Source: Vicinamibacteria bacterium (GTDB lineage Bacteria > Acidobacteriota > Vicinamibacteria > Marinacidobacterales > Marinacidobacteraceae). Taken from it: a stretch of DNA of 64,000 nucleotides. Shown in pieces: positions 28,773-38,627 of the stretch (its first letter is position 1; each line of letters opens with the position of its first letter). The stretch is taken from the NCBI GenBank assembly GCA_963555995.3, contig OY821641.1, positions 3,680,001 to 3,744,000 of the forward strand, written 5' to 3'. The position numbers and the translations under genes were made by a program. The notes under the pieces are model-generated. The model saw nothing but the letters and a program-made list of their open reading frames with translations. It was not told the origin of the DNA and did not search any database.

Positions 28773-30347
28773 TTAGCGCGCCAGCGGCGGCGTGGTTGGC
28801 GGCGGTTTCCGGTGAGCGGTCGCCTGCTCGTAGGCGTACGAGATGCGGAAGAGCGCGCCCTCGCCGAGAGCGTTCCCGAGCAGTTGCAGTCCACCCGGCA
28901 GCCCGGACGGAGTAAAGCCCATGGGAACGGTGACCGCCGGAAACCCGGTGGGAGGGGAGAGCTGGGGCGAGTTGTTCCCGTCGGGCGTGGTCAGGTCGCC
29001 CAGGAGGCGCGGGGGATTGCTCCAGGTGGGGAAGGCAAGCGCGTCGAGATCCTCGGCTTCGAACAGGCCCCCGACCTCGGCCCGCAGTTCTCCGGCGCGC
29101 CGGTTCGCCTCGGCGCAGATGTCGTCCGGCTCGCCCTCCACCTCAAGGGCGGTTTCGAGCCGCGGCCGGATGGACGGATGGAAGTCGCCGCCCTCCACCA
29201 GGTCCTCGAGCGTCGTCACCGGGGCGTCCGGTCCGAGGCTCGCCAGGTAGGCCTCGAGCTGGGCGCGGAAGGGGTTGCACCACAGCGATCCCTCGGCTTC
29301 AAGCCCCTCGATCCGCACCGGGTCCACCACGGTGACCCCGAGCGCCTCGAGGTCGGCGAGGGCCGCTTCGAAGAGCGCTCCGATGTCGGCGTCCGCGGTC
29401 TCGGTGTCGCTGAGCTGACGGACGACGCCGATCCGGAAATCGGTGAGCGGCCCCGCGTCGAGGTACCGGAGGTAGTCGCTCTCGCGCTCGAACCCCTCCG
29501 TCGCCTCGTCGGCCGGGTCCGGCCCCGCCAGCACGTCGAAGACCCGCACCCCGTCTTCGACGGTGCGCGCCATCGGGCCGCCGATGTCCCGGAAGAGGTT
29601 GAGCGGGACGATCCCGTCCCGGCTCGTCAGTCCCATCGTGGACCGGATGCCGAAGAGGGCGTTGTGGGACGAGGGTCCGCGGATGGAGTTGCCGGTGTCC
29701 GTCCCGAGGCCCACCGCCCCGAAGCTCGCGGCCACCGCGGCGCCGGTGCCTCCCGAGGATCCCGCCGGCACCCGATAGGGGTCATACGGGTTCCGGACAT
29801 GGCCGGGAATGACCGAGCCGAGGCTCTGGTAGGCGCTGAAGGCGAACTCGGCCATGTGCGACTTGGCGAGCACGATGGCCCCCGCTTCCCGGATCCTCTG
29901 CACCTGGAAGGCGTCGTCGGGCGGGACCGAGTCCGCGAGCGACGCCGATCCGGCGCTCGTGGGGAGGTCCGCGGTGTCGTAGTTGTCCTTCACGATCATC
30001 GGGACGCACTCGAGCGGCCGGTCCGGGTCGAGCCCGGAGCCCGCGAGGCGCGCGTCGGCTTCCGCGGCCCGCTCCGTCGCCTGCGGATTGACCGTCACGA
30101 TCGCGTGGAGCGCCGGACCCTCGCGGTCATAGGCCTCGATCCGGGCCAGGTAGGCCGTGACCAGTTCCGCGCAGGTGAAGTCGCCGGCCTGAAGGCCCTG
30201 GTGGATCCCGGCGATGTCGAGTTCCACCACATCGAGCCCGGCCATCGCTTCCGGCGCCGGAGCGCCGCAACTGGCCGCACCGCAGGCCGCGATGAGCGCC
30301 GGTGCGATCCTGTTTCCCTTTCCGAGAGTCCCCGCTGTACCAACCAT
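28773..30347 (-). CDS. Amidase signature family protein (probable lipoprotein)
   Basis: VKDNYDT, GSSGGTG, GTDTGNSIRGPS; paralogue of 14774..16384. Confidence 0.9.
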   Translation of the reverse strand: MVGTAGTLGKGNRIAPALIAACGAASCGAPAPEAMAGLDVVELDIAGIHQGLQAGDFTCAELVTAYLARIEAYDREGPALHAIVTVNPQATERAAEADARLAGSGLDPDRPLECVPMIVKDNYDTADLPTSAGSASLADSVPPDDAFQVQRIREAGAIVLAKSHMAEFAFSAYQSLGSVIPGHVRNPYDPYRVPAGSSGGTGAAVAASFGAVGLGTDTGNSIRGPSSHNALFGIRSTMGLTSRDGIVPLNLFRDIGGPMARTVEDGVRVFDVLAGPDPADEATEGFERESDYLRYLDAGPLTDFRIGVVRQLSDTETADADIGALFEAALADLEALGVTVVDPVRIEGLEAEGSLWCNPFRAQLEAYLASLGPDAPVTTLEDLVEGGDFHPSIRPRLETALEVEGEPDDICAEANRRAGELRAEVGGLFEAEDLDALAFPTWSNPPRLLGDLTTPDGNNSPQLSPPTGFPAVTVPMGFTPSGLPGGLQLLGNALGEGALFRISYAYEQATAHRKPPPTTPPLAR

Positions 30348-30490
30348 GATCCGATTCTATGCGTCCGCTTCCCCCGCCAGCCCCGGAAGCGGGCTCGGCA
30401 GGGAACGGCTGGCGAAAACGCCGCCGGGACCGCATGACCTCGGGATGCCGGATGCAGTGTGCCGGATTCCTTCGTTACAATCCTGCGCCC

Positions 30491-30595
30491 ATGACGCTCA
30501 GCGAGTCAGCCCGGTCGCGCCATTCCCGGCAATGGCTGTGGCGATGGCGATTTTGCATCAGGCCGGGCTCGCCTCGCGTCCGTTCGATCCACTGA
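30491..30595 (+). CDS. trpL: trp operon leader peptide (34 aa, W15-L-W17-R-W19)
   Basis: MTLSESARSRHSRQWLWRWRFCIRPGSPRVRSIH; TACAAT -10 at 30476-30481; directly upstream of trpD. Confidence 0.75.
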   Translation: MTLSESARSRHSRQWLWRWRFCIRPGSPRVRSIH

Positions 30596-30630
30596 TTGCG
30601 GCGGGAGGCGGCCCGACCCGGGACGCCTCC
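30563..30630 (+). promoter_or_regulatory. Attenuator-like alternative hairpins
   Basis: GGGCTCGCCTC (30565-75) pairs with GAGGCGGCCC (30605-14), competing with GGAGGCG/CGCCTCC (30604-30630); no U-tract. Confidence 0.55.
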
Positions 30631-30732
30631 GGACGACGGCGCGAGAGGGTGCTTGAGGGCGCCCGCCAAGGCTTCGAGGTTCCCGGTTCGGGACGCGCTG
30701 ACCGTCACTCACCCCACCAAGGAGCCACTACC

Positions 30733-31764
30733 GTGATCGCCCCTCTCCTCGAAACCCTGCTCTCCGGCGAGGCCGCCGATTCCGGCGCGCTGGAGACCGC
30801 GCTCCACCGGATCCTGGCCGGAGAGAGCGATGTCGCCCAGACCGCCGGACTGCTGGTCGCTCTCCGGATCAACGAGCCCGACGCCGCCACGCTGGCCGCG
30901 TGCGCCCGCGCGCTCCGGGGTCACCGGAAGGCCGTCATGTCACAAGTGCGGCCGCTGGTGGACACCTGCGGAACCGGTGGCGACAAGAGCGGCACCTTCA
31001 ACATCTCCACCGCTTCGGCGCTGGTCGTCGCCGCCGCCGGCGGCGCGGTGGCCAAGCACGGCAACCGCAGCGTGTCGTCCATCACCGGCAGCGCGGACGT
31101 GCTGGAAGTCTGCGGCGCGCCGCTTCACCTCGAGCCCGGCCAGGCGTCCCGGATCCTGGACTCCACGGGCTTCGTCTTCCTGTTCGCTCCCGCCTTCCAC
31201 CCCGCCATGGCCCACGTCGGGCCGGCGCGCCGGGCGCTCGGGATCCGCACCCTCTTCAACGTCCTCGGCCCGCTCGCGAACCCGGCGCTCGCCGACCGCC
31301 AGTTGATCGGCGTCTACGACCCGGCCCTGACCGAGACCGTCGCGGGCGCGCTCGCCGAACTCGGGTCCGCCTCGGCGCTCGTCGTGCACTGCGAGGGACT
31401 GGATGAAATCGGCCTTCATGCCACGACCCGGGGCCACGCGCTGAACGACGGGAAGGTGACGCCGGTCGAGATCCGGGTCTCCGAACTCGGGCTTCGCGAA
31501 GCCTCGATCGAGGAACTGCGGGGGGGCGCCACCTCGCAGAACGCGGAGATCCTGCGCGCCGTGCTCTCCGGGGAGGACGAAGGACCGAAGCGGGACGTGG
31601 TGGCCGCGAACGCGGGCGCCGCCCTCACCGTCGCCGGCCTCGCGCCGGACCTGCCGGCCGGGGTGAAGACCGCGCTGGAGACCCTGGCGTCGGGCCGCGC
31701 GCTGCGCACGCTGGAACGCTACGTGGAGACCAGCATGCGGATGACCGGAATGAACGTGGCGTGA
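30733..31764 (+). CDS. trpD: Anthranilate phosphoribosyltransferase
   Basis: DTCGTGGD, FNIST, KHGNRSVSS, GSADVLE, GPLANP; AAGGAG RBS before GTG. Confidence 0.95.
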   Translation: MIAPLLETLLSGEAADSGALETALHRILAGESDVAQTAGLLVALRINEPDAATLAACARALRGHRKAVMSQVRPLVDTCGTGGDKSGTFNISTASALVVAAAGGAVAKHGNRSVSSITGSADVLEVCGAPLHLEPGQASRILDSTGFVFLFAPAFHPAMAHVGPARRALGIRTLFNVLGPLANPALADRQLIGVYDPALTETVAGALAELGSASALVVHCEGLDEIGLHATTRGHALNDGKVTPVEIRVSELGLREASIEELRGGATSQNAEILRAVLSGEDEGPKRDVVAANAGAALTVAGLAPDLPAGVKTALETLASGRALRTLERYVETSMRMTGMNVA

Positions 31765-32537
31765 CGGAAGGGGTACTCGAGCGGCTCGTCCGGGCCGCCG
31801 AGGCAAGAGCGGAGCGGCTCGCGGCGGAACCGGACCCCGGGCCTCCTGACGGGGAGCCTCCTTCTTTCCGGAACGCGATCGCCGGGCGGGACGCGCTGTC
31901 GGTGATCGCCGAGTTCAAGCGGAAGAGTCCGAGCGCCGGGTCCATCCGCGACGACGATCCCGGCGCCCGGGCGCTGGCGTACCGGGAGGCCGGCGCCTCC
32001 GCCGTCTCCGTGCTGACCGACCCGGATGCCTTCGGGGGGGCCCTCGCGGACCTGCAGGCGGCTTCGGCGGCCTCCGGCCTCCCCGTCCTCATGAAGGACT
32101 TCATCGTGCACCCGGCGCAGGTCCGGGCGGGGTGGGCGGCGGGAGCGTCCGCGGTGCTGCTGATCGTCCGCTGCCTGGACGACGCCCGGCTTCGCCGTCT
32201 CCATCGGGAGGTGCGGTCGCTGGGGCTCGACGCCCTGGTCGAGGTGCACGATGCGGCGGAACTGGATCGCGCCCTGGCGCTCGACGACGCGATCGTGGGG
32301 ATCAACAACCGGGACCTGGACACGCTCCGGACGGATCGCCGCCGCGCCCGGGACCTCCTTCCCCGGGTTCCCTCCGGACGGATCGCCGTCGCCGAGAGCG
32401 GGTATCTCGAGCCGGAACACCTGGTGGAGTTGCGGGGGCGGGCGGACGCGGTGCTCATCGGGACCGCGTTGATGCGCGCCGCCGACCCGTCGGCGTTTCT
32501 CCGGGCTGCAACGGAACCCGTACCGGCCGGCGTCTGA
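31761..32537 (+). CDS. trpC: Indole-3-glycerol phosphate synthase
   Basis: IAEFKRKSPS, SVLTD, KDFI, GINNRDL, AESG. Confidence 0.95.
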   Translation: MTEGVLERLVRAAEARAERLAAEPDPGPPDGEPPSFRNAIAGRDALSVIAEFKRKSPSAGSIRDDDPGARALAYREAGASAVSVLTDPDAFGGALADLQAASAASGLPVLMKDFIVHPAQVRAGWAAGASAVLLIVRCLDDARLRRLHREVRSLGLDALVEVHDAAELDRALALDDAIVGINNRDLDTLRTDRRRARDLLPRVPSGRIAVAESGYLEPEHLVELRGRADAVLIGTALMRAADPSAFLRAATEPVPAGV

Positions 32538-32549
32538 CCGGCGCGCGTC

Positions 32550-33173
32550 GTGGAGATCAAGATCTGCGGCCTCCGGAGGCCGGAGGACGCCCGTCTGGCC
32601 GTGCGGCTCGGCGCCCGGTGGATCGGCGTGGTCCGCGCTCCGGACTCCCCGCGCTCGGCATCGCTCGAAGAGGCCCGGCAGGTCATCGCGGCCGCCAGGG
32701 AGGTCAATCCGGAGGTGCGGCCCGTGCTCGCGACCGGGAGGCGCACCCGCGACGAGGTCGCCTCGGACGCGCTCGCGCTGGGAGTGGAGCGGGTCCAGCC
32801 CCACGGCCTCTCGGAAGCCGGCGTCCGCACCCTCACCCAGGCGGGCCTCGTCGTTCACCGGGTCGTGACCGTGCCCGAGACCGCGGCTCGACTTCCGGAT
32901 TTCGAGCCCCCCGCGGGGAAGGACGGTCCGCTCGTCTTCGACGTGGGAGGCGGCGGCAGCGGCCGGGCCTTCGATTGGCGCATTCTGGGCGAGCGGGCGC
33001 CGGGGCGGGCGTTCATCGCCGGCGGGCTGCGGCCCGAGAACATCGGGCGGCTCCTTCCCTACCGGCCCTGGGGCGTGGATGTCTCGAGCGGGATCGAGTC
33101 GTCGCCCGGGGTCAAGGATCCCGAGCGGATGCGGCGGTTCTTCGACCTGCTCCGGCCGCCTGCGGTCTCATGA
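32550..33173 (+). CDS. trpF: Phosphoribosylanthranilate isomerase
   Basis: KICGL, GGSGRAFDW, AGGLRPEN, GVDVSSGIE. Confidence 0.92.
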   Translation: MEIKICGLRRPEDARLAVRLGARWIGVVRAPDSPRSASLEEARQVIAAAREVNPEVRPVLATGRRTRDEVASDALALGVERVQPHGLSEAGVRTLTQAGLVVHRVVTVPETAARLPDFEPPAGKDGPLVFDVGGGGSGRAFDWRILGERAPGRAFIAGGLRPENIGRLLPYRPWGVDVSSGIESSPGVKDPERMRRFFDLLRPPAVS

Positions 33174-34366
33174 AGTCCTCACTCCGTCCCCGCCAGGGCG
33201 CGTTCGGCTCCTTCGGCGGGCGTTTCGCTCCGGAACTTCTCATCCCCGCGCTCGAGGAACTGGAGTCGGCCCGGCGGGAGATCGTCCCCACGAAGGCGTT
33301 CCGGGACGAACTGGACTGCGAGGCGCGCGCCTGGGTGGGGCGGCCGACTCCCCTCACCAGCGTCCCCCGGTTCTCGGATCGGGCCGGCCTCGAAACGGTC
33401 TTCAAGCGCGAGGACCTGCTCCACGGCGGCGCCCACAAGGCGAACAACGTCCTGGGGCAGGCGCTCCTGGCCCGGCACATGGGCAAGTCCCGGCTGATCG
33501 CGGAGACCGGCGCCGGGCAGCACGGGACCGCGACCGCGATGATCGCCGCGCGCTTCGGAATGCAGGCGGTGGTCTACATGGGGGAGAAGGACATGGAGCG
33601 CCAGGCCCCCAACGTGAAGCGGATGGAGCTCTGCGGCGCCGAAGTCATCCCCGTGACCGCGGGCGCGCGCACGCTCAAGGACGCCATCAACGAGGCGCTT
33701 CGCGACTGGACGGCGAGCCTGTCCACGACCCACTACCTGCTCGGGACGGCCGCGGGCCCCCATCCCTTTCCGCGGCTGGTGCGGGACTTCCAGGCGGTCA
33801 TCGGCCGCGAGGCGAAGCGGCAGTGGCGGCGGGAGTTCGGCGGTCTCCCCGACGTGGTGGTGGCGTGCGTCGGCGGCGGCAGCAACGCCATCGGCATCTT
33901 CCACGCCTTCGTTCCCGAGGAGCCGGTGCGGCTCGTCGGCGTCGAACCCGGCGGAGCGGGACTCGACAGCGGCCGTCACGGCGCCACCCTTGTCCGGGGC
34001 ACGCCCGGCCTGCTCCACGGAGCCCGGACGATGATCCTGCAGGACGACGACGGGCAGATCCTCGAACCGCACAGCGTCTCGGCCGGGCTCGACTACCCCG
34101 GCGTGGGCCCCGAGCATGCCCACCTCCAGGAGACCGGCCGGGCCGGCTACGTGGCCGCCACCGACGAGGAAGCGCTGGCGGCCTTCGAGGTGCTGTCGGC
34201 CACCGAGGGGATCGTCCCCGCCTTCGAGCCCTCGCACGCGCTCGCGTTCGTGCTGCGCGCCCGGGAGTCGGGAGAGCTTCCCGCCGGGGCGCGGGTGCTC
34301 CTGAACCTCTGCGGGCGCGGCGACAAGGACCTCGAGACCTACTTCGCGCTCGACCGCTCCCGATGA
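33170..34366 (+). CDS. trpB: Tryptophan synthase beta chain
   Basis: KREDLLHGGAHK, AETGAGQHG, GGGSNA, SAGLDYPGVGP, GRGDKD. Confidence 0.96.
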   Translation: MKSSLRPRQGAFGSFGGRFAPELLIPALEELESARREIVPTKAFRDELDCEARAWVGRPTPLTSVPRFSDRAGLETVFKREDLLHGGAHKANNVLGQALLARHMGKSRLIAETGAGQHGTATAMIAARFGMQAVVYMGEKDMERQAPNVKRMELCGAEVIPVTAGARTLKDAINEALRDWTASLSTTHYLLGTAAGPHPFPRLVRDFQAVIGREAKRQWRREFGGLPDVVVACVGGGSNAIGIFHAFVPEEPVRLVGVEPGGAGLDSGRHGATLVRGTPGLLHGARTMILQDDDGQILEPHSVSAGLDYPGVGPEHAHLQETGRAGYVAATDEEALAAFEVLSATEGIVPAFEPSHALAFVLRARESGELPAGARVLLNLCGRGDKDLETYFALDRSR

Positions 34367-35160
34367 GCCTCCGGTCGCTCCGCTCCGCACTCGGCCACGG
34401 TCCGGTGGTCTCGCCGTTTCTCGTCCTCGGGGACCCGACTCCCGAACTTTCCGTCGAGCTGGCGCGGGCCGCGGTCTCCGCGGGAGCGGGCATGCTCGAG
34501 ATCGGATTCCCGTACAGCGATCCGGTGGCTGACGGACCGGCGATCCAGGCGGCCGCTCAGCGCGCGCTCGCCGGGGGGACTTCGACCCGCACCGCGTTCG
34601 ACGTGCTGGGCCGGATCGCGTCGGCCTGTCCCGGCGTACCGCTGAACCTGCTGGTGTATGGCAATCTCGTGCATCGCACCGGATACGAGCGATTCACGGG
34701 TGCGGCAACGGACGCCGGTGCTTCCACGCTCCTGGTACCCGACATCCCCATTGATGAGGCGACTCCGCTGCGCCGGGCGTGCCAGGGCTCCGGTCTCGGC
34801 CACGTCGAGCTGGCGGGTCCCCTGACCCCGGCGGCGCGTCTCCGACGGCTCGCCGCCGCTTCGCGTTTTCTGTATCTGGCCGGCTTCCAGGGCGTCACCG
34901 GGGTGCGCGCGGCCGGTTTCGGCGGCGTCCTCGACCGGGTCGCCGAGGTTCGAGAGATCACCGACGTTCCGGTATGTCTCGGTTTCGGGCTTTCCAGCCG
35001 GGATCAGATCGTCCGCGCCTTCGGGGCCGGCGCGGAGATCGCGGTCGTCGGAAGCCACCTCGCGCGGGTCGTGGGAACCCTCTATGGCGCTCCCGCGGAC
35101 GCGGGTCGCCTCGTCGCCGGTTACCGTTCCGCCGTGCGCGGGCTCACCTCGAACGGGTAG
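34363..35160 (+). CDS. trpA: Tryptophan synthase alpha chain
   Basis: GDP, LEIGFPYSDPVADGPAIQ, GVTG, GFG. Confidence 0.94.
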   Translation: MSLRSLRSALGHGPVVSPFLVLGDPTPELSVELARAAVSAGAGMLEIGFPYSDPVADGPAIQAAAQRALAGGTSTRTAFDVLGRIASACPGVPLNLLVYGNLVHRTGYERFTGAATDAGASTLLVPDIPIDEATPLRRACQGSGLGHVELAGPLTPAARLRRLAAASRFLYLAGFQGVTGVRAAGFGGVLDRVAEVREITDVPVCLGFGLSSRDQIVRAFGAGAEIAVVGSHLARVVGTLYGAPADAGRLVAGYRSAVRGLTSNG

Positions 35161-35179
35161 GGAGGAGAAGGGACAGACC

Positions 35180-36184
35180 ATGCTGGTCATCATGCGGACG
35201 AACCCCACCGAGGAACAATGCGGACGGGTGGAGACTGCGATCCGCGACATGGGTTTCACCCCGCTCCGGGTGCCGGGCGCCGACCGGACCGCGATCTGCG
35301 TCACCGGGAACCGGGGTCCGGTGGACCCCTCGTTCCTGATCCGGCTCCCCGGGGTCGCCCGCTGTATTCCCGTCACCAAGCCGTTCAAGCTGGTCAGCCG
35401 CGAGGTCCACCCGGCGGAGACGATTGTGGAGATCGGCGGGGTGCCGGTGGGAGGTCCGGAGCCCATCGTGATCGCCGGTCCGGGCAGCGTCGAGACCGAG
35501 GCCAGGACCCTGGACATCGCCCGCGCGGTGAAGAAGGCGGGCGCCCACGCATTCCGCGCGCGCCTGTGGGCGGAGCGGGTCGGTCCGTACCACTTCGGCG
35601 GGGTCGGCGACGAAGGGGTGCACACCCTGGACCGCGTGCGCGAGGAGACGGGGCTCCCGGTGATCACCGAGGTCATTGATCCGCGGTCGGCGGAGCAGGT
35701 GGCGGAACGCGTCGACTGCGTCCAGATCGCGGCCCGGCACATGGAGAACGAGGCGCTCCTGGACGTGGCGTGCGGCCTCGGGAAGCCCGTGATCGTGGAA
35801 CGCGCGCCGTCCGCGAGCGTGGAGGAGTGGCTGATGGCGGCGGAGTCGCTGCTGGCCCGGGAGAAGCGGGACGTGATCCTGTGCGAACGGGGAATCCGCA
35901 CCGGCGGCCAGCGGCGGACGCTGCTGGACCTCCACGTCGTGCCGGTGGTGCGGCGCATGACCCATCTGCCGGTGCTGGTGGACCCGTCGCGCGCCGTCGC
36001 GGAACGGGACCGCGTCCGTCCGCTGGCCCGCGCCGCCCTGGGCGCCGGCGCTTCGGGCCTGCTGCTTGAGGTGCACACCCACCCGGACACCGCCTACACC
36101 GACCCGATGCAGACCGTGGATATCCCGACCTTCGAGGGCATCCAGCGCGACCTCGTCAAGATCGGCGAGTTCGAGGCGCTATAA
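35180..36184 (+). CDS. Type I-beta DAHP synthase homologue with N-terminal regulatory domain; catalytic residues substituted
   Basis: KPFKLVSRE, IAGPGSVE, CERGIRT, HLPVLVDPS, EVH; GGAGGAG RBS; C, KPRT, K and H motif residues lost. Confidence 0.85.
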   Translation: MLVIMRTNPTEEQCGRVETAIRDMGFTPLRVPGADRTAICVTGNRGPVDPSFLIRLPGVARCIPVTKPFKLVSREVHPAETIVEIGGVPVGGPEPIVIAGPGSVETEARTLDIARAVKKAGAHAFRARLWAERVGPYHFGGVGDEGVHTLDRVREETGLPVITEVIDPRSAEQVAERVDCVQIAARHMENEALLDVACGLGKPVIVERAPSASVEEWLMAAESLLAREKRDVILCERGIRTGGQRRTLLDLHVVPVVRRMTHLPVLVDPSRAVAERDRVRPLARAALGAGASGLLLEVHTHPDTAYTDPMQTVDIPTFEGIQRDLVKIGEFEAL

Positions 36185-36205
36185 CAGCCTGCTGGCGCCA
36201 TCCCC

Positions 36206-37093
36206 GTGACCGAACCAACTCCGCCGCCACCCGAAGCGGGCGACGTCTCGTTCGGGCGGACCCTGCTCCAGTTCTTCGTGATCCCCATGCTGGTGGTGAT
36301 CCTGGGCGTCGGGATCTTCCTGGGGTTCGCGTGGCTCGTCTCCGACGACACGACCGCCGAGGAACAGCTCCAGCGGATCCGCTCCGGAGGGCACCGCGAG
36401 GCGCGGCAGGCCGCGTTTGAACTCGCGAACCGCATCCAGCACGGCGATCCCGCAGAGTTCCGGGCTCTGGGTCCCGATCTGGTGCGGGCCTTCGAGGAAG
36501 CGGGAGCGCCGGCGGACCCGTGGGTGCGCCAGTACCTCGCGCTCGCCCTCGGAACCCTCTCCGAAGCGACGGCGGTTCCGGTGCTCGCCGCGGCGCTTGC
36601 CGATCCGGACGAGACGGTGCGGGTCTATGCGGCCTGGGCGCTCGGCTCCATCGGGGGCGGCGCCGCGGTTTCCGCGCTCAGCGAAGCCAGCCGCGCCGAT
36701 GACGCGGGACTCCGCACGATGGCGGTCTACGGGCTCGGGGCGATCGGCGATCCCGCGGGCGCCGACGCGCTCCGGCGAGCGGTTGACGATCCGGTGCTGG
36801 ACGTTTCCGTGAACGCGGTGGTGGCGCTCGCCCGCATCGGCGACGACGCGGCCGCCGCCCGGTTGCTCGGCATGATGGAGCCGGATTACTGGGCGAACGT
36901 GCCGGGCATGCTGGAGGGCGAGCGGACGCTCGCCCGGCTGAGCGCCGTGCAGGCGGCCGGCGTGCTGGAGACCCCGATGGTGCGGGCCCGGCTCGAGGAG
37001 GTCGGCGCGAACGATCCGGATCTCCGGGTTCGGGAGGCCGCACTCTCGGCCCTCGCGGGCGGGGGGCGGACGAAACCGCCGGCGCCTCCCTGA
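36206..37093 (+). CDS. Membrane-anchored HEAT-repeat protein
   Basis: TM helix (FFVIPMLVVILGVGIF) then repeated VR..AAWALG-type units. Confidence 0.82.
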   Translation: MTEPTPPPPEAGDVSFGRTLLQFFVIPMLVVILGVGIFLGFAWLVSDDTTAEEQLQRIRSGGHREARQAAFELANRIQHGDPAEFRALGPDLVRAFEEAGAPADPWVRQYLALALGTLSEATAVPVLAAALADPDETVRVYAAWALGSIGGGAAVSALSEASRADDAGLRTMAVYGLGAIGDPAGADALRRAVDDPVLDVSVNAVVALARIGDDAAAARLLGMMEPDYWANVPGMLEGERTLARLSAVQAAGVLETPMVRARLEEVGANDPDLRVREAALSALAGGGRTKPPAPP

Positions 37094-37194
37094 CGCGCGG
37101 CCGGAACGGTCCGGAGGCGAACAAACCCATAGCTCGATTCGGGGGGCTTCCGTTAGAATCCCGCGCCGATCCACAATTCCTCCAACTGCAAGCG

Positions 37195-37749
37195 ATGCCT
37201 GACCCCCCGGCCCCACCGGCAGCCCCCAAACCGGCTCCCCGGCGGGCCGCCGGCGCCGCGAAGAAGGTCACCCGCCGGGAGTTCCCGTTCCTCGCCATCG
37301 GCTGGGGAATGTTCACGGCCGCGATGGCGGCCGGCCTCACCGCGGCGGGCCGTTTCATGTTCCCGAACGTGCTCACCGAGCCGCCCTCGACCTTCACGGC
37401 CGGCTTCCCGGATGACTTCGCCATCGGGGTGGTGGACACCCGCTTCAAGGAGCGCTACCAGGTCTGGATCGTCCGGGACGAGGAGGGGATTTACGCCCTC
37501 TCCACGATCTGCACCCACCTGGGATGCACCCCGAACTGGCTGGAGGCCGAGAGCAAGTTCAAGTGCCCCTGCCACGGCAGCGGGTTCTACGCCTCCGGGA
37601 TCAACTTCGAGGGACCGGCGCCCCGGCCGCTGGAGCGGGTGGGGGTGAGTCTCGCGGAGGACGGCCAGGTCCTCATAGACAAGTCGCGCCTCTTCAAGTT
37701 CGAAGCGGGTCAGTGGTCCGACCCCGCTTCCTTCCTGTCGCTCACGTAA
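37195..37749 (+). CDS. Rieske 2Fe-2S subunit of cytochrome bc-type complex
   Basis: Tat motif TRREF; CTHLGC and CPCHGS; GPAPRPL; TAGAAT upstream. Confidence 0.93.
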   Translation: MPDPPAPPAAPKPAPRRAAGAAKKVTRREFPFLAIGWGMFTAAMAAGLTAAGRFMFPNVLTEPPSTFTAGFPDDFAIGVVDTRFKERYQVWIVRDEEGIYALSTICTHLGCTPNWLEAESKFKCPCHGSGFYASGINFEGPAPRPLERVGVSLAEDGQVLIDKSRLFKFEAGQWSDPASFLSLT

Positions 37750-37768
37750 GGCTGGAGAGGCGAGCGTC

Positions 37769-38569
37769 ATGTTGAACCGCATCCTCGCCCCTCTCTCCGC
37801 CGCTTGGAAGGAGGCGACGGACTCGCAGGTCTGGACCTCGATCTTCCGTCACGGCAAGCCGGTCAGCAACCGGAACCGGGCGCTCGTGATGATGAGCAAC
37901 GTGTTCCTGCACCTGCATCCGGTCAAGTCCCGGAAGGCGGGCATCAAGCTCCGCTACACCTGGTGCATGGGAGGCATCACGTTCTTCCTCTTCCTGGTGC
38001 TCACCTTCACCGGGCTGCTCCTGATGTTCTACTACCGGCCCACGGTGGAATACGCCTACGCGGACATCGTGGACCTGCAGGAGCACGTGCCGCTCGGCAT
38101 CATGCGGGAACTCCACCGCTGGGGCGCCCACGCGATGGTCATCACCGTGTGGCTGCACATGCTGCGCGTCTTCATGACCGGTTCCTACAAGCCGCCGCGG
38201 GAGTTCAACTGGGGCATCGGGGTGGTCCTGCTGGTGCTCACCCTGCTCCTGTCTTTCACCGGCTACCTGCTCCCTTGGGACCAGCTCGCGATCTGGGCCA
38301 TCGCGGTCGGCTCCAACATGGCGCGCGCGACACCCCTGCTCGGAACGGAAGGGCCGTTATCGGCGTCCCTCACCCTGGGGGACATCAGTCTCATCAACGC
38401 GGGGAACGACGCGCGCTTCGCGTTGCTGGGCGCCCGTTCGGTCGGCCAGCCGACGCTTCTCCGCTTCTATGTCCTCCACTGCGTCGGGCTGCCCCTGGCC
38501 GCCGCCTTCCTGATGGCGGTGCATTTCTGGCGGGTCCGCAAGGACGGGGGCATCTCGGGGCCGATGTAG
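37769..38569 (+). CDS. Cytochrome b N-terminal subunit (cytochrome b6-like)
   Basis: [40 protein letters not shown]. Confidence 0.92.
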   Translation: MLNRILAPLSAAWKEATDSQVWTSIFRHGKPVSNRNRALVMMSNVFLHLHPVKSRKAGIKLRYTWCMGGITFFLFLVLTFTGLLLMFYYRPTVEYAYADIVDLQEHVPLGIMRELHRWGAHAMVITVWLHMLRVFMTGSYKPPREFNWGIGVVLLVLTLLLSFTGYLLPWDQLAIWAIAVGSNMARATPLLGTEGPLSASLTLGDISLINAGNDARFALLGARSVGQPTLLRFYVLHCVGLPLAAAFLMAVHFWRVRKDGGISGPM

Positions 38570-38627
38570 GTCCGTGTTCCGAATCCACGTTTGAGACAAG
38601 ACGCTTCCGCCGCGACCCGCTGAGACG

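Noticed and set aside
30360-30732. T-box riboswitch upstream of trpD
   Set aside because: No T-box consensus or terminator seen; a Trp-rich leader ORF explains the region
35180-36184. KDO8P synthase (kdsA) identity for the DAHP-like gene
   Set aside because: Lacks the KANRS motif and has the DAHPS-type regulatory N-terminus and CERGIRT
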